A stretch of DNA of 63,638 nt, counting the filler, from Folioceros fuciformis (lineage: Eukaryota), in the NCBI GenBank assembly GCA_049999805.1. It is 9 parts of 9 records of this genome, joined end to end, with 100 filler letters (N's around TTAATTAATTAA, not from the genome) between each part and the next. Parts side by side here need not be neighbours in the genome. Positions count along the whole stretch, not along the records: positions 8,687 to 20,474 come from JBNGIO010004042.1; positions 20,575 to 24,303 come from JBNGIO010004043.1; positions 24,404 to 30,753 come from JBNGIO010004044.1; 6 more parts are not named here. One strand, given 5' to 3'. Below, piece after piece: positions 13,533 through 26,305 of the stretch. Below the pieces are notes generated by a model. The model searched no databases, had not been told where the DNA came from, and saw only the letters and a list, made by a program, of their open reading frames with translations. Position 1 is the first letter of the stretch; each line of letters starts with the position of its first letter. The position numbers and the translations under genes were made by a program.

Positions 13533-14589
13533 TTTTGGGGGTCCATGTTTTTTGTGAGAGACCTGAATCTAGTGATTTTCGCGTTTTCTGTTGTAGATCT
13601 TCATTGTAAGGATTAAAGACGTTACAAAAATACTTGAGACGTATGTACTCGTCCAAATTTGTGTGCTTTCTTCAGCGATGCCTTCAATTTTAGATTGGCA
13701 CTCCCATAACCATGAGGAATGAATGGTGTACTTCCGTGTGATATTTAAAATTGTTCTGAGTGAAAGTATAATCTAAGATTCGTATAATACGTTGTTAGCT
13801 TTGTGCTTTAGAAGTTTCGCCGGTCTACTTTGTGGTATAGGAGTTTTGCTCGTCAATAATTTCAGTGGACTAGCTTTTTGCCCAAATCTCGATTCTGCAG
13901 GGAGATCAAGGTTTGTGATTAAGGTTACATGAGTAAGAAGATAGGGTTTGTAATCAACATTACATGCACAAGATAGCATTTGTGATTATCCCACATGGGC
14001 TAAGGCTGTCCTGCGCTCTTTTGAGGGCTAGTAAGTTGCATTGTGGCTATAGAGATGCCACACCAAGGTCTACCCTATGGCAGAGGGGAGGGAATGTTAT
14101 GGTTGGTTGGATTATCTGGGGAGCAATTCCATGGGCACACCAATTAAAATTGCAAGTAATTTCATGGACACACCAAATCAATATTGCTAGTAATTCCATG
14201 AATACACCAATTCAATATTGCTACACTAGGGAGTTGTTAGAGGCTTTCAGAGTGAGGATGATTTTAGAGTCCATCCTAATTGGATCGCATTGCACAAGGA
14301 CGTTGGAGCTACCTATAAATCAATATCCACAAAGACTCTTTTCAACAAGCTCAGGGACATTCATAAATAGCTAGCTAGCGTTAATCCTTTTGTCGATTCC
14401 TTTTAAGGGTCTCTTTCCAACCTCAATGAGGTTTCAACGTTTGGCTTCGGCAAGTTTTCTTTCAACCTCAATGAGATTTCAATGTTGGGCTCCGCAAAGG
14501 ATGTAGCATGGACTCATGGCCAATGATGTTTCAGTGCTCATGGCCAATAAGGTTTCCATGTAAGGTTCCGTTAAGGATGCAACTTATTG

Positions 14590-15335
14590 AGTTTGATAAT
14601 TTAGAACTAAGCAACGTGTTTGATAATTTAGAACTAAGCAACACATTTGATAATTTAAAACTAAGCAACGGGTTTGATAATTTAGAACTAAGCAACGTGT
14701 TTGATGATTTAGAACTAAGCAACGCATTTGATAATTTAGAACTAAGCAACGTGTTTGATAATTTAGAACTAAGCAATGTGTTTGATAATTTAGAACTAAG
14801 CAACGTGTTTGATAATTAAGATAAGCAACGTGTTTGATAATTTAGATCTAAGCAACGCATTTGATAATTTAGAACTAAGCTACGTGTTTGATAATTTAGA
14901 ACTAAGCAACGTATTTGATAATTTAGAACCAAGCAACGTATTGAGATTGATTGTTGTAGGTAAAACATGTTGGGCTATGTTGAGGATGCGACTTTATTGA
15001 GTTTGATAATTTAGAACTAAGCAACGTATTGAGATTGATTGTTGTAGATAAAACATGTTGGGCTATGTTGAGGATGCAACTTTATTAAGTTTGATAATTT
15101 AGAACTAAGCAACATATTGAGATTGATCATTGTAGGTAAAACATGTTTAGGTTTTGTTGAGGATGCAACTTATTGAGTTTGATAATTTAGAACTAAGCAA
15201 CGTATTGAGATTGATCATTGTAGGTAAAACATGTTTANNNNNNNNNNGAGATTGATCATTGTAGGTAAAACATGTTTAGGCTTTGTTGAGAATGTAACTT
15301 ATTGCGTTTGATAATTTAGAACTAAGCAACGTTGG
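14590..15335. repeat. 27-bp minisatellite (TTTGATAATTTAGAACTAAGCAACGTG) grading into an ~88-bp higher-order unit
   Basis: About 13 tandem 27-mers, followed by ~88-bp units that each contain one 27-mer. Confidence 0.92.
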
Positions 15336-15699
15336 GCTCTGTTGAGGATGTAGCTTATGCAGTTTTATCATTTAGAAATAAACAACTTAGCAAGTATTCA
15401 AAATACCAAACTAAGGAAACTTAACAAGTACTTTGAATCCAAAAACTAAGAGCTAATTACTTAGAATCCAAAATACTAAGTACTCATAATCAAGATACTC
15501 ATCAAAAAAACTTAAAATGGCACTAAAAAAAACTAAGTACTAATAATTCAAATACTCATAATCCAAAAAAATACCTTAAAATGGGACTCCAAACTTAGCA
15601 ATTCATCTCTAAACGATACTTACTTAACACTTGACTTTATCTTAAGTGCTAATAGGACTCCAAACTTAGCAAGTGCTTGAAGTTAGGAAATTGAAAGCA

Positions 15700-16140
15700 C
15701 CTGAAAGGGACTCCAACATATGAAGGAAAAACAAGAAACCCAAAATAACACAAGTATTTACATGTCCAAACTTAGCTCATTCTAGTTAGCCCAAGTTTGC
15801 CTTATATAGACCTATATGGCAACTCATGTTCCCTACATAGACCTATATAGGGAATATTTTTCCTCATTTATATTAGCAATCTAATCATAAATTACGCTTA
15901 ATTATTAAACTTATCAACACTCCCATTAGGAGTCTCAATCCCACAAGTTCTCTACACTCATTAAATTTGAACTTGCTAACAATTTTGGTTAAGAAATTTG
16001 TGGCCACATCTTTTATAGTGTAGTACTTAAATGTAACCTCGCATTACTTCACTCTCTTATGCACGAAGCGATGTTGAATGCCAATGTGCTTCTTCTTTGA
16101 ATGATGTATAGGATTCTTCATCAATGTCATGCTTCTATGA
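15700..16140 (-). mobile_element. Degenerate Ty1/Copia 3' end (RNase H tail, PPT, start of 3' LTR)
   Basis: Minus strand reads NPIHHSKKKHIGIQHRFV..TNFLTK..KFNECRELVGL, then purine tract ATGGGAG followed by TGTTGA at 15919. LTR extent unknown. Confidence 0.65.
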
Positions 16141-17272
16141 GGCTTTAGGGTGTGGAGCATTGATGGTAGAGTGGTATGGAGTGAGAGCAATGATGGTAGA
16201 CTAGTGTGGGGCAATGGGCATAGGAGTGATGTAAGGACAATATGATTAAGCACTGTAGGAGGAATATGAGCAATGTAGGAGCGATATGATTATGTGGTGT
16301 AGGAGCAGTATAAATCAATAGTATGAGTGGTTTCGGATGAAAACAAGGAGTACCAGTTCTGTTTCGATTTTCTACTTTTTGAAACTTTGTTACCTATCAA
16401 TCCGCGTGATGAGGTTTTTTAGGGGTTTTTCACATATTTTATTTCTATTTAAGTATTTATTCTGCAAGGTCCCTATCCCTTTTTACAGGACTTTCTACGT
16501 GCCTCTATCATATGGCGCATAACACCCAACCTTTAGTTGTCAAGGACACCCCTTACTGGAGTGTGTTCATAACAAAATATTGGATTGGTATAGACCAATT
16601 GCTATATAAAACAATTACATTATTAATTCAATAATATTACAATAAAGAGCATCTACTAAGAAATGCCAACTATACTTAAGATATCATAAACAGACATGAC
16701 CTTTCACTATGGGACATAACCCTAAAGAAGGGGTAAGTAAACCAATTATGTCTTTGTACACACACATCATTAAATGTAGCTATTATTGAACCCTAATGAA
16801 TCAACACCTATTCTCATCACTCCCACTTGTTGATTATTACGGGTCGGTTAGTCTCCTCCTTCGTGAGTAGCATGTGGAGACTGTGAGCTGAACTGGGCTT
16901 CTTGCTAAAGTGTGTGTGTACTCTTGGTAGCGTAAGCTCCCGATGGAGCAGGATAGTGTGAAGGCAGCTTTGCGCAGGTTCACTATTTTAATAGCTCTCG
17001 TTTACGCCCATGCTAAAAAATGGTAAGGGTTTTTCAATATCGCTCATTTACGCATAGACGGAAGGAGTGCGCTGGTCTAACGGCGCACTCCTTCCGTCTG
17101 TGCGCTGAGTAGCTGGTGAACACCTAGATCGGGTCTGGGGAAAGTGCAATACAACTATTCAAAATGGTTTAGGGTTAGGTCGGCGCACACATAGGCCGAG
17201 TTTGGCGCTCTATATGAGCACCCCCACAAGGGTACTTATGAATAGCCAACCACAACTCTCTGCAAACAGTGC

Positions 17273-18999
17273 TCATTTATATGAAGTGTGGTATACAAAG
17301 CACTTAACCAGTATAGTCCAAGTTTCTACAAGTTGGTCATCGATTTCATCTGGACGATTTTCCTGATCCCACTTAAGCACATACAAGTTCTTTCTAATAA
17401 GGTTTTGAGTGCGAGCGTGCAGCTGTTTTTGACGAGTCAACTCAAATCCATACGCTAAGATAAAAGTGCTCGCGATAGATATTGTGTCAACATGCTTCTG
17501 AAGTCTTTTGCTTGGCCGTCGCTTACGTCCTCGTCTAGAACCCATAGGAGGTTCTTCATTCGGCAATATCATCTCCTCTTGATATCGTCCTTTAAATGCA
17601 TTTGAACATTTCGTGACCCACTAATGGACTGTGATACTATGAGGGTTATTTTTCTTCTGTGTGTCCAACACTTTGGCGATCCAAAAAGGCTTGTTGTCTT
17701 TGTCTGTCTCGCATGGGGCAGCAATTATGTGCCCTACTTCGATCTTTGATACATCTCCACTGAAGTTGTCAACATCATTGCGAATGTGTGCGTCTCTTCC
17801 ATAAGGTCCCACATACATATCTCTTCTAGGAACTTCTCGTATCCGTGGGTTTTCCAATACCATAGCATCTGGCACGAGTAACGGGGTATTCAACAACTCG
17901 GCCTCGTCGCGATTATACCATCGCCATGGCCAGTCAAGGTCTTGCTCCACACCCAAATTTATTATTTGAATGATGGCCTCTTGCTCGGCCCAAAATGAAT
18001 CCCACCAGATGTCCTCGCCCACACCTAAGTGCTGCCGTAATTTGCACTCCAATCTTGATCGAATCTGCGACAGATTATATCCTAGCATATTGTCAGTAAT
18101 AGTCTTCTGTTTCCTACTCCTCACCTGCAGATGCATAAGTGGAGCGGCTTTCATAACCCCATCCAGAACTACTTTAAGAAATTCTATACCGTCATCAGGC
18201 GACCAATATTGATCGGTGGAATATTGTTTGCCTCTCATAACTGAAACAGATCCACAATCTCCGCGGCTCTCTTTCGTGATCTTGAACTGGTGTTGAAACG
18301 ATATATTATGCAGCTGATAAACCGCTGCAATACTCTAATATCCTGCTTTCCCATACGGTATAGGCCACACAAACTTTCTGAAGTCCGCCACCTCTTTCAC
18401 CTCATGAACGTATGGCATGGGGGTATAGGCATTCTGCATAACTGCAATAAGTTTTGGTGAAGTCAAATCTTCCTTGTAACCGAGTGCCGTTGAAAACCTG
18501 GAAAACATTTGATCAACCTGGTCGTGCGTGTGGCCCACTAACAAGAACCCGACTTTTATCTTCACGGAAACCCGCATTTCCACTAACATATTCAAATAAG
18601 AAAAAAGCAACGCATTTTTGATCTTGCGTGCAGTGTTGTCTAGCTGCAAGTATAGAACTCCAAGTAGCAGGCCATCGTACTCGTGAATCACGCACCAGAT
18701 AATTGATATTGTTAGGTTTGCATCGTTCCAAATGTTGACGAACTCGATGAAGAGCTTCAATCTCATAGTCTTGTAGTATACCATACACCCTACCACATGC
18801 ACATCAAGGAGGCCAACATTCGCCAAATTTTTTGGTACTTGAACGAAATGGAGCTGAGTCTTTTGTTGATCCATTCCATCCACTGATATTCCAATGTACT
18901 TTTCGGGGTTGCCATAATATTTGACCCGATGTTCGATACTCTTCTCGCGCTCTGCTATCAATCTATTTCGATGTACCTTCAAGTCAGATTCGAAGCCCT
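17273..18999 (-). pseudogene. DNA-transposon transposase relic, Sola-like (LQLDN...GHTH...DQ.FS type)
   Basis: Motifs ISVDGMDQQKT, LYLQLDNTARKIKN and FLLVGHTHDQVDQMFSRFS. Three ORFs (18335-19015, 17621-18238, 17273-17572) share one frame and are separated only by single TAG stops. A splice acceptor lies at 19000-19001. Superfamily assignment is inferred. Confidence 0.7.
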
Positions 19000-19040
19000 C
19001 TACAAAAAAAAACATGGAACTTCAAATCAGAAAAAGAAAA

Positions 19041-20474
19041 TGTTGAAATAGCACCACAGGCCTAGAAGGACTCCACAGTTCCTTACTTATGGTGCACAGG
19101 ATGTTACATATATAGCCTTCAGGCGGGGCAACCCTCGATAAGGTAAGCCTTAGTCTCGAGGGTGCAATATCCTAGTATATCCTGATATATCCTGATAACA
19201 CTTAGGTGATAGATAACTACGAGTTCAATATGGGATAATCTACACTATCCTAAGTGTTGTATGCTCTTAATAACAATTCAGTTAGAGCTTGATTTCTAAC
19301 ACTCCCCCTCAAGCTCAGACTATTTGTAACACTCCAAGTAGTTCACGAAAGTGTAAGAACTTATCTCTACCTAGTGACTTAGTAAAGATATCTGCTACCT
19401 GGTCTTCGGTCTTCACGTGCCAAAGATCTATCTTCTCAGATAATACCGCTTCCCTGATGAAATGATAATGTACTTCTATGTGCTTCGAACGAGCATGAAA
19501 CATAGGATTAGTAGCCAACCTCATGCTACTCATGTTGTCACAGTAGATTGTAACCTTGATGTTCACTATATTTCCAAGATCATGTAGCAACTTTTGCAAC
19601 CAAGCTGCTTCATAGGCTGCCATTGTAGCTCCTCGATACTCTGCTTCTGTGCTTGACAAAGCAACTGTCGGTTGTTTCTTGCTTTGCCAGCTAATCATAC
19701 TACTTCCCAGACTGAATGCATATCCACTGGTTGATCTTCTGTCATACGCACAACCAGCCCAATCAGCATCTGTATATCCTGTCAGTTCAAGATGCTTCCT
19801 ATGCTCATAGAACAATCCAAACTCAGTAGTTCCTTTCACATATCTCATGATTCTTCTAACTGCATCCAAGTGCGGTTTCCTTGGGTTCTGCATGAATTGA
19901 CTAATCAGTCCCACTGCATAACTTAAGTCAGGACGTGTGATAGTTAAGTAGATCAAACTTCCGACCATCTGTCGATACATAGTCACATTTTCCAGCTCAG
20001 CTTCTACATCCATTTGCAACTTGACGTTTTGCTCCAATGGTGTATCCATCGCTTTGCAATCTGCCATGCCATACTTCTGCAACATATCCTTAGCATATTG
20101 TTTTTGGAATAGCCAGATTCCTTGAGGTGTAGACACAACCTCAATTCCTAAGAAGTACCTGAGTTCACCAAGATCCTTCACCTTAAACTCTTTTTGCAGA
20201 TTCGCCTTGACATCTGCAATACCATCTGCATCATCTCCTGTGATGTGATTATCAGGTCGTCAACATAAACGACAAGACACACTTGTCCTACCTTGGTCTG
20301 TTTTACAAACACGCTGTGATCTACGTCTCCAATCACAAACCCTCGCTCCTTCAAATAGCTTATGATACGAGCATTCCATGCTCTAGGTGCCTGTTTGAGT
20401 CCATACAATGCCTTCTTCAGTTTGCAGACGTATGTTGGAAACTTAGGATGAACATAGCCTTCAGGCTGTTCCAC
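19041..20474 (-). mobile_element. Ty1/Copia retrotransposon 3' half: RT/RNase H, PPT and 261-bp 3' LTR (19041-19301)
   Basis: LKKALYGLKQAPRAW, YVDD, DADWAG..DRRSTSG, SSTEAEY and ARSKHIEVHYHFIRE. PPT GAGGGGGAG precedes the TG..CA LTR. A 5-bp duplication near 20240 frameshifts the RT. Confidence 0.95.
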
Positions 20475-20574
20475 NNNNNNNNNNNNNNNNNNNNNNNNNN
20501 NNNNNNNNNNNNNNNNNNTTAATTAATTAANNNNNNNNNNNNNNNNNNNNNNNNNNNNNNNNNNNNNNNNNNNN
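20475..20574. other. Artificial scaffold linker
   Basis: N44-TTAATTAATTAA-N44. Confidence 0.97.
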
Positions 20575-21419
20575 CTCACTCACACAGCCTCCTCGTCCGC
20601 TAAACCCTCAAGAATACGTGAGAAAAAGCGCATTCTCCATTCGACCCGCCCGATGCTCTGCCCTTGGCCATAAATCAAACCATGACCACACGAGGCAGCA
20701 ATCACACCTCCCCGACACGGATGCCGCAAACCCTAGCTCACCGACATAGCGCAACAGCAGCAGCAGCAGAGAGGGAGCCCGCTCCTGCAGCGGCAACGGC
20801 CGCCACAGCCGTTTCCAGGAAGCCGCGCAAAGGCAGCGGCAGCCTCGAGCGCTCTAAGTACCCTAGCTCTCCGGGGCATCCAGAGCAGAGCAGACAAGAG
20901 CAGAGCGCGGAGAGCAGGAGGCAAGATGGCGGAAGAAGCAGGCCCCGGTCACCTGGGTGACAGGCGATGGCGGCTGCCTGTCCAGTCGCCCACGGCACGG
21001 AAGTGGCACGCGTTCCTGTCCGGCTTCCCCTTCCCACGGTGAAACGAAGGAGCATGGGGATCGCATGCCCCATGGCGTGCCATTACGCGGCTTTTCCGAG
21101 GCGGGACTTTTAATTGCATCATTTTAATGCGGCACCGTATCACAGGCTCCCCCGATATGGGTGGGCGTGCCTCATTGGCTGAAACCCGTCGAGGTTCTAT
21201 ATACATACATCCTGTATGTAGAATATACACGTAGATGTATGTATTATGGGAGCAGGCAGCGTACTTAGGGCAAAAGGGCGAGTGCAGTGCACCAAACCAC
21301 GGCCGAGTCACGGAGCTCCGAGGGCAGAGGCACTGAAGCTCGTGGGGGAATAGGCGGAGCCGCAGCCGCAGCCGCAGCCGGGACCGGGGCCGGGAGCCGG
21401 GCAAGCTCGTGCGGGCGCC

Positions 21420-22268
21420 ATGTTCTTGTTCGACTGGTTCTACAGCGTGCTCGCCACGCTCGGGCTATGGCAAAAGGAGGCTAAAATCCTCTTCCTGGGG
21501 TTGGACAACGCCGGCAAGACTACTTTGCTGCACATGCTCAAGGACGAGGTACGCGGGGCGGGTGCCGATGCGGGGCATGCCGCGGCTGCCGCTGGCCCCG
21601 GGGATGCTGGATGGATGCACTTGCGGGAGGGCTTGATTGACGACGCTGTGGCGGGTTGGTGTGTGTGCGTGTGTGTGGCAGAGGCTGGTGCAGCATCAGC
21701 CGACTCAGTATCCGACTTCGGAGGAGTTGAGCATAGGGAAAATCAAGTTCAAAGCGTTTGACCTGGGAGGGCATCAGATGGCGCGCCGGGTTTGGAAGGA
21801 CTACTACGCTAAGGTAGTGATTGTCTGATGTGTGTGTGTGTGGATGTTTACTAGACTGGCGGGTGCGAGAAGGTGCAGGCTTGGTGAGGAGGTGGATCCG
21901 TGGATTGTGCTCATGTCTGTGAGCCCGTATGGGGACTTGGATGGCAGGTGGACGCCATAGTGTATGTGGTCGATTCCGCGGACAGGGACAGGTTTGTGGA
22001 GTCCAAGAAAGAGCTGGTGGCTCTGCTCTCGGATGACTCGCTTGCTGAGGTGCCTTTTCTCATCCTCGGCAACAAGATCGATATTCCGACAGCAGCGTCT
22101 GAGGAGGAGCTCCGCTCAGCTCTGGGGTTGACAAGCTACACCACGGGGAAGGGGAAGGTTAATCTAGTAGATACTAGCATGCGGCCCATCGAGCTTTTTA
22201 TGTGCAGTATTGTGCGTAAGATGGGGTATGGTGATGGCTTTAAATGGGTGTCTCAGTACATCAAATGA
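21420..22268 (+). CDS. SAR1: SAR1 small GTPase (COPII), 193 aa; exons 21420-21548, 21682-21813, 21948-22268
   Basis: [65 protein letters not shown] and [23 protein letters not shown], with canonical introns. Confidence 0.98.
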
Positions 22269-23492
22269 GGAATTTGGACTTCGGTTTCGAGTCCTCTTCT
22301 CAAAAACGTGACATGTTTTTGCAAGAGATATGGATGAAGTTCTTGCTCATACTGCATGTTCTGTTTGCCAAGGCAAGGCCCCTAGATCTTGTTAGGCAGT
22401 AATCATGATTGTATATCACATCATTTTTGCAATTGACCTAGTTTCTCACCACTTCCACTTCGCTCGTTCTTCTGGCGGGTAGCTTCTCCCAAGCTCTCTT
22501 TGCCTACAGGCAGGATGAAGGAGGTGCGTAATTGTGTAGAAGCAGCTGGTTTGGAACGACAAGTGGTGACATGTGTGTGGCCTGGCTGCTGTATGATCCA
22601 GGTGTGAATCACTCGGGCGTTTGAAGTTGCCAGCAGCTAGTCTGTAACCGTTGTATCACGAAAAGAAGCCTTCACGTTTACAACCAATTCAAGACTTTCT
22701 CGCACACACAAAACCAGAGTCCCGGTGAACATGCCCATAGCCCTTGCGGAAGATCCACGTCAAGCAGAATCAATATAATTCGATATAATCCTTTTGCTTA
22801 ACTATATCAAGCAGAATAGATAGAACTCATGATCAGGTGGACAGTCTTTTCAGTCCTGCTTGTTATGAAAAGCGATAGTCCCTTCTTGGTATGGACACTC
22901 TTAGTCCCTCCTTCTTTGTGTGGACACTTGTTGTCCATTCTTCTCAAAAGTCCTTCCTAGTATGGACATTGGTTGTCCCTCTTTCTCAAAGACCCTTCTT
23001 AGTATGGACACTCCTAGTTCTTCTTCGATGAACACTTTAAGTTGTTTCTTCTCAAAGACATACTACTAAAGAACTTGTGTTTAAATAACACAGATGTGCA
23101 ATGAAAACTTACATCATGCGTATTAAAATCTGTTACTTCTAAAATAACCTTCTTTGAGCAAAGCATATGGACAGAGACCTTACTTCCTTTGCTTCCTTTG
23201 CTTACCTCTTAAGACAATACTATCCCAAATGATGTTAAGCTTGGCAATGTATGTTTAACCAAACGTACCAAGACCTCATTGTGGTAAACAAAAGTGTGAC
23301 ATCCTTATTGTGTATATATTGTTACATAGCTCTATAAAGAGTGAAGTGTTTGCTTCCTTCAGACACCATAAAATCTCCTCCACATGCATCCACACTTCTC
23401 ATAACTGTAACTTGGCTTCTCAAATCCTCAATCGAGTCACATGATCTTGCACACTGCACACATACACACCTCAATCGGATTTCTAACAAGAG

Positions 23493-23610
23493 AATGCTCC
23501 CTCAAGAGAAAGCCTATTCTCAAATGCTCCCTCAAGAGANNNNNNNNNNAATGCTCCCTCAAGAGAAAGCCTATTCTCAAATGCTCCCTCAAGAGAAAGC
23601 CTATTCTCAA
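23493..23610. repeat. 30-bp tandem repeat (AATGCTCCCTCAAGAGAAAGCCTATTCTCA) around a 10-N gap
   Basis: Read directly; copy number unreliable because of the gap. Confidence 0.8.
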
Positions 23611-24303
23611 AAAGCAAGAGAATACAAGCTTACAATTGTAGCGGACATCGTTGAGCTAGGCTTTTATGCTTGCTACCTCAGACCTGCTGCAGCCACATCC
23701 ACACATCTAATTGTGTGTCTATCTAGTTGACTTTATATTATATTATATTTTCTAATAATTTTCACTAAAAATTTATTAATTATTACTAATATCATTTATT
23801 AGCATTACTTAATTATTAACTAATTACTATTTGCATGTATCTAAGCAACAGCACACAATCATGCTTGACACAATCCAATATGCTACATACTAGTCTTAAT
23901 TTAATTAGCGAACACACCACTATTGTCCACTTAACTCAAAATCATGGTTGACACAGTCTAATATGCTACATACTAGTCTTAATTTAATTAGCAAGCACAC
24001 CACTATTTTCAAAATTCATATTCTCAAAATTCATTTTCAGCAAATGTTGCTGAAAATTTTCAGCAATTTTCAGTAATTTTCAACAACATTTCATTTTAGC
24101 TGACTAAATTTTAGGCATGGTACGAAAGAAGTTCAAAATTAAAAGTGTCCAGCATAGAAAAATTGTGAGAAAGTGCATACTCTTTGAATATGGTATATGC
24201 AAGAGATTCATAGTGATTTGCATCAAATGTGTTCATTGTTTGTATGATACATAAATCACTATGCACCTTTCATACATGAATCAAATAGATTGATCGATAT
24301 GTG

Positions 24304-24403
24304 NNNNNNNNNNNNNNNNNNNNNNNNNNNNNNNNNNNNNNNNNNNNTTAATTAATTAANNNNNNNNNNNNNNNNNNNNNNNNNNNNNNNNNNNNNNNNN
24401 NNN
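24304..24403. other. Artificial scaffold linker
   Basis: N44-TTAATTAATTAA-N44. Confidence 0.97.
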
Positions 24404-25466
24404 GTCCTAGGCATGGGGAAGACCTTAAAGGGGCACGATAACTAGACCGGGGGTGCCCTTTGCATGCCTTATATCCAGGCTGTCCGACACGAGCCTCTAC
24501 ACTACGAGGCTACGGCCTCAGCTGGTGAAAGATTGTAAGGGGACTTGTCTGACTTCTTTTGAATGGCCCCCATTTTCTAGCAGTAGCTTGATGTGGAAGC
24601 CCTCCTAGTCAGTGAGGGTGAAAATAGTGTGGATTCCGTAAAGTTCCGAGGATGGGGTTAAGCGGATGGATGCTTGTGAGGAGGTTGGGAAGGATCAAAG
24701 CCATGAGCGTGAGCAATGGGCAGTTGGTGGCGCATCCCTCTCCGAAGTATTATGGCTTGCCACAGGTTCTGCTAAACATCCTAAAGGATCTCTAAAAGTG
24801 CGGATTACGGGTATGGTATGCTGATGAGTTGCTGCACTCTGGCCTGAGCCCTGACGAGAAGGTTAAAGGGACTGGACGATTGCTCAATTGGGTTGTGACC
24901 AGTCTCAGGATCCATGTCCAGTTCAAGGGGATTATGGTGGCCTGGACAAGGGTCGGAGGAGGTGGCCTAGACAAGGGTCGAAGGAGAAGGCTGCCAGGAG
25001 GATGTGTGCGGACAAAGCTGAGGGATTGGCAAACTACCCCATCCAGACATAGGACATAAGTGGCATTCAGCTTTCCATCCACTAGCAGCAAGCCTGATTG
25101 CTTATAGGCTGATAACATAGGTGTGCTGCTAGTGGGTGACAAGCCCAGTGATGGATATGTTGGCAAGATTGGTGGGGTGTCATCTTCAGGGCCCAGCTTG
25201 GCAAGANNNNNNNNNNTTGGCAAGATTGGTGGGGTGTCATCTTCAGGGCCCAGCTTGGCAAGATTGGTGGGGTGTCATCTTCAGGGCCCAGCTTGCAAGG
25301 TGCTCATCCAGGGGCGCTAGGTGGGTAGTTTTGCCGGGACATGAGTCTTCCAGCAAAATGGAAGGAAGGACCTGAAGATGGAAGACTCTGAAGGGTGCAA
25401 GATGATAATTTTGGATAGAGGGCAACCAGCGGTGTCAAGGGGTAATGGGCAATTAGAAGCAAGGGT

Positions 25467-25770
25467 AGGTTAGAGTTAGGCTTCTTGGTTGGGATCAGAA
25501 CTAGGTCTGATTAGGGTTAGGTCAGACCTAGGCTAGGTTAGGTCAGACCTAGGTCAGGTTTAGTTTAGACCTGATTAGGTTAGGTTAGGTCAGACCTAGG
25601 TTAGGTTTAGTTTAGACCTGATTAGGTTAGGTCAAACCTAGGTTAGGTTAGGTCAGACTTAGGTTAGGTTTAGGTCAGACCGAGGTTAAGTTAGGTCATA
25701 CTTAGGTTAGGTTTAGGTCAGAACGAGGTGTAGGTGTGGCTTAGGTCAGAGAGAGATGGTTAGGTGGTTG
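25467..25770. repeat. TTAGG/TCAGACCTAGG low-complexity satellite
   Basis: Dense TTAGG pentamers interleaved with TCAGACC(T)AGG. Confidence 0.85.
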
Positions 25771-26182
25771 ATTCAGGTTAACCCTAGTAGACAGAGATGG
25801 AGGGTTAGGTAGTATAAGAAGGCAGACCTGCCATTGAGGAGGGGGTGGACTACGGTGTGATTTCCCTTGAACTTGTGTGCATACTCCCGGCCTAGAGTGC
25901 TGAGCCGGTTTGAGACTGAACCAAGGACTGGATCCCCCTTGCCACTAGGGGGACGTGGTAGGTCCCAAGATTGCTGAGATCCGTGTGGCCGGATCTGCAA
26001 TGGCTGAACATTTTGCAGGCTGGCTGAGGTGAAGTGACAGGGCCGTGAGCCAGGAGGGCTATCCAGTCCTAGTTCCCACACCCGTGCTTGAAGACTGCAA
26101 GAAGCGAGGCTGTTGTGTCTTAAATTCCAAGGGTGAGCTGAAGCAAAGTGGGGAAGTGTTGGAGTGAAGTGAAGTGAAGTGT

Positions 26183-26305
26183 GAGCTGCTGGAGTGTAAA
26201 AGTATGAGCTGTTGGAGTGCAAAAGTATGAGCTGTTGGAGTGCAAAAGTATGAACTGTTGGAGTGCAAAAGTATGAGCTGCTGGAGTGCAGAAGTGTGAG
26301 CTGAA
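26183..26305. repeat. 23-bp minisatellite (GAGCTGTTGGAGTGCAAAAGTAT) x~5
   Basis: Read directly. Confidence 0.85.

Noticed and set aside
14508-15000. ORFs of FDNLELSNV repeats resembling an LRR protein
   Set aside because: By-product of a 27-bp (3n) minisatellite, with no splice or domain support.
14590-15335. CRISPR-like appearance of 27-bp repeats with intervening sequence
   Set aside because: The intervening sequences are themselves repeated, there are no cas genes, and the context is eukaryotic.
20575-21404. Several GC-rich ORFs upstream of SAR1
   Set aside because: No recognisable domain. Likely the promoter/5'UTR of SAR1 and of a divergent gene whose exon cannot be defined.
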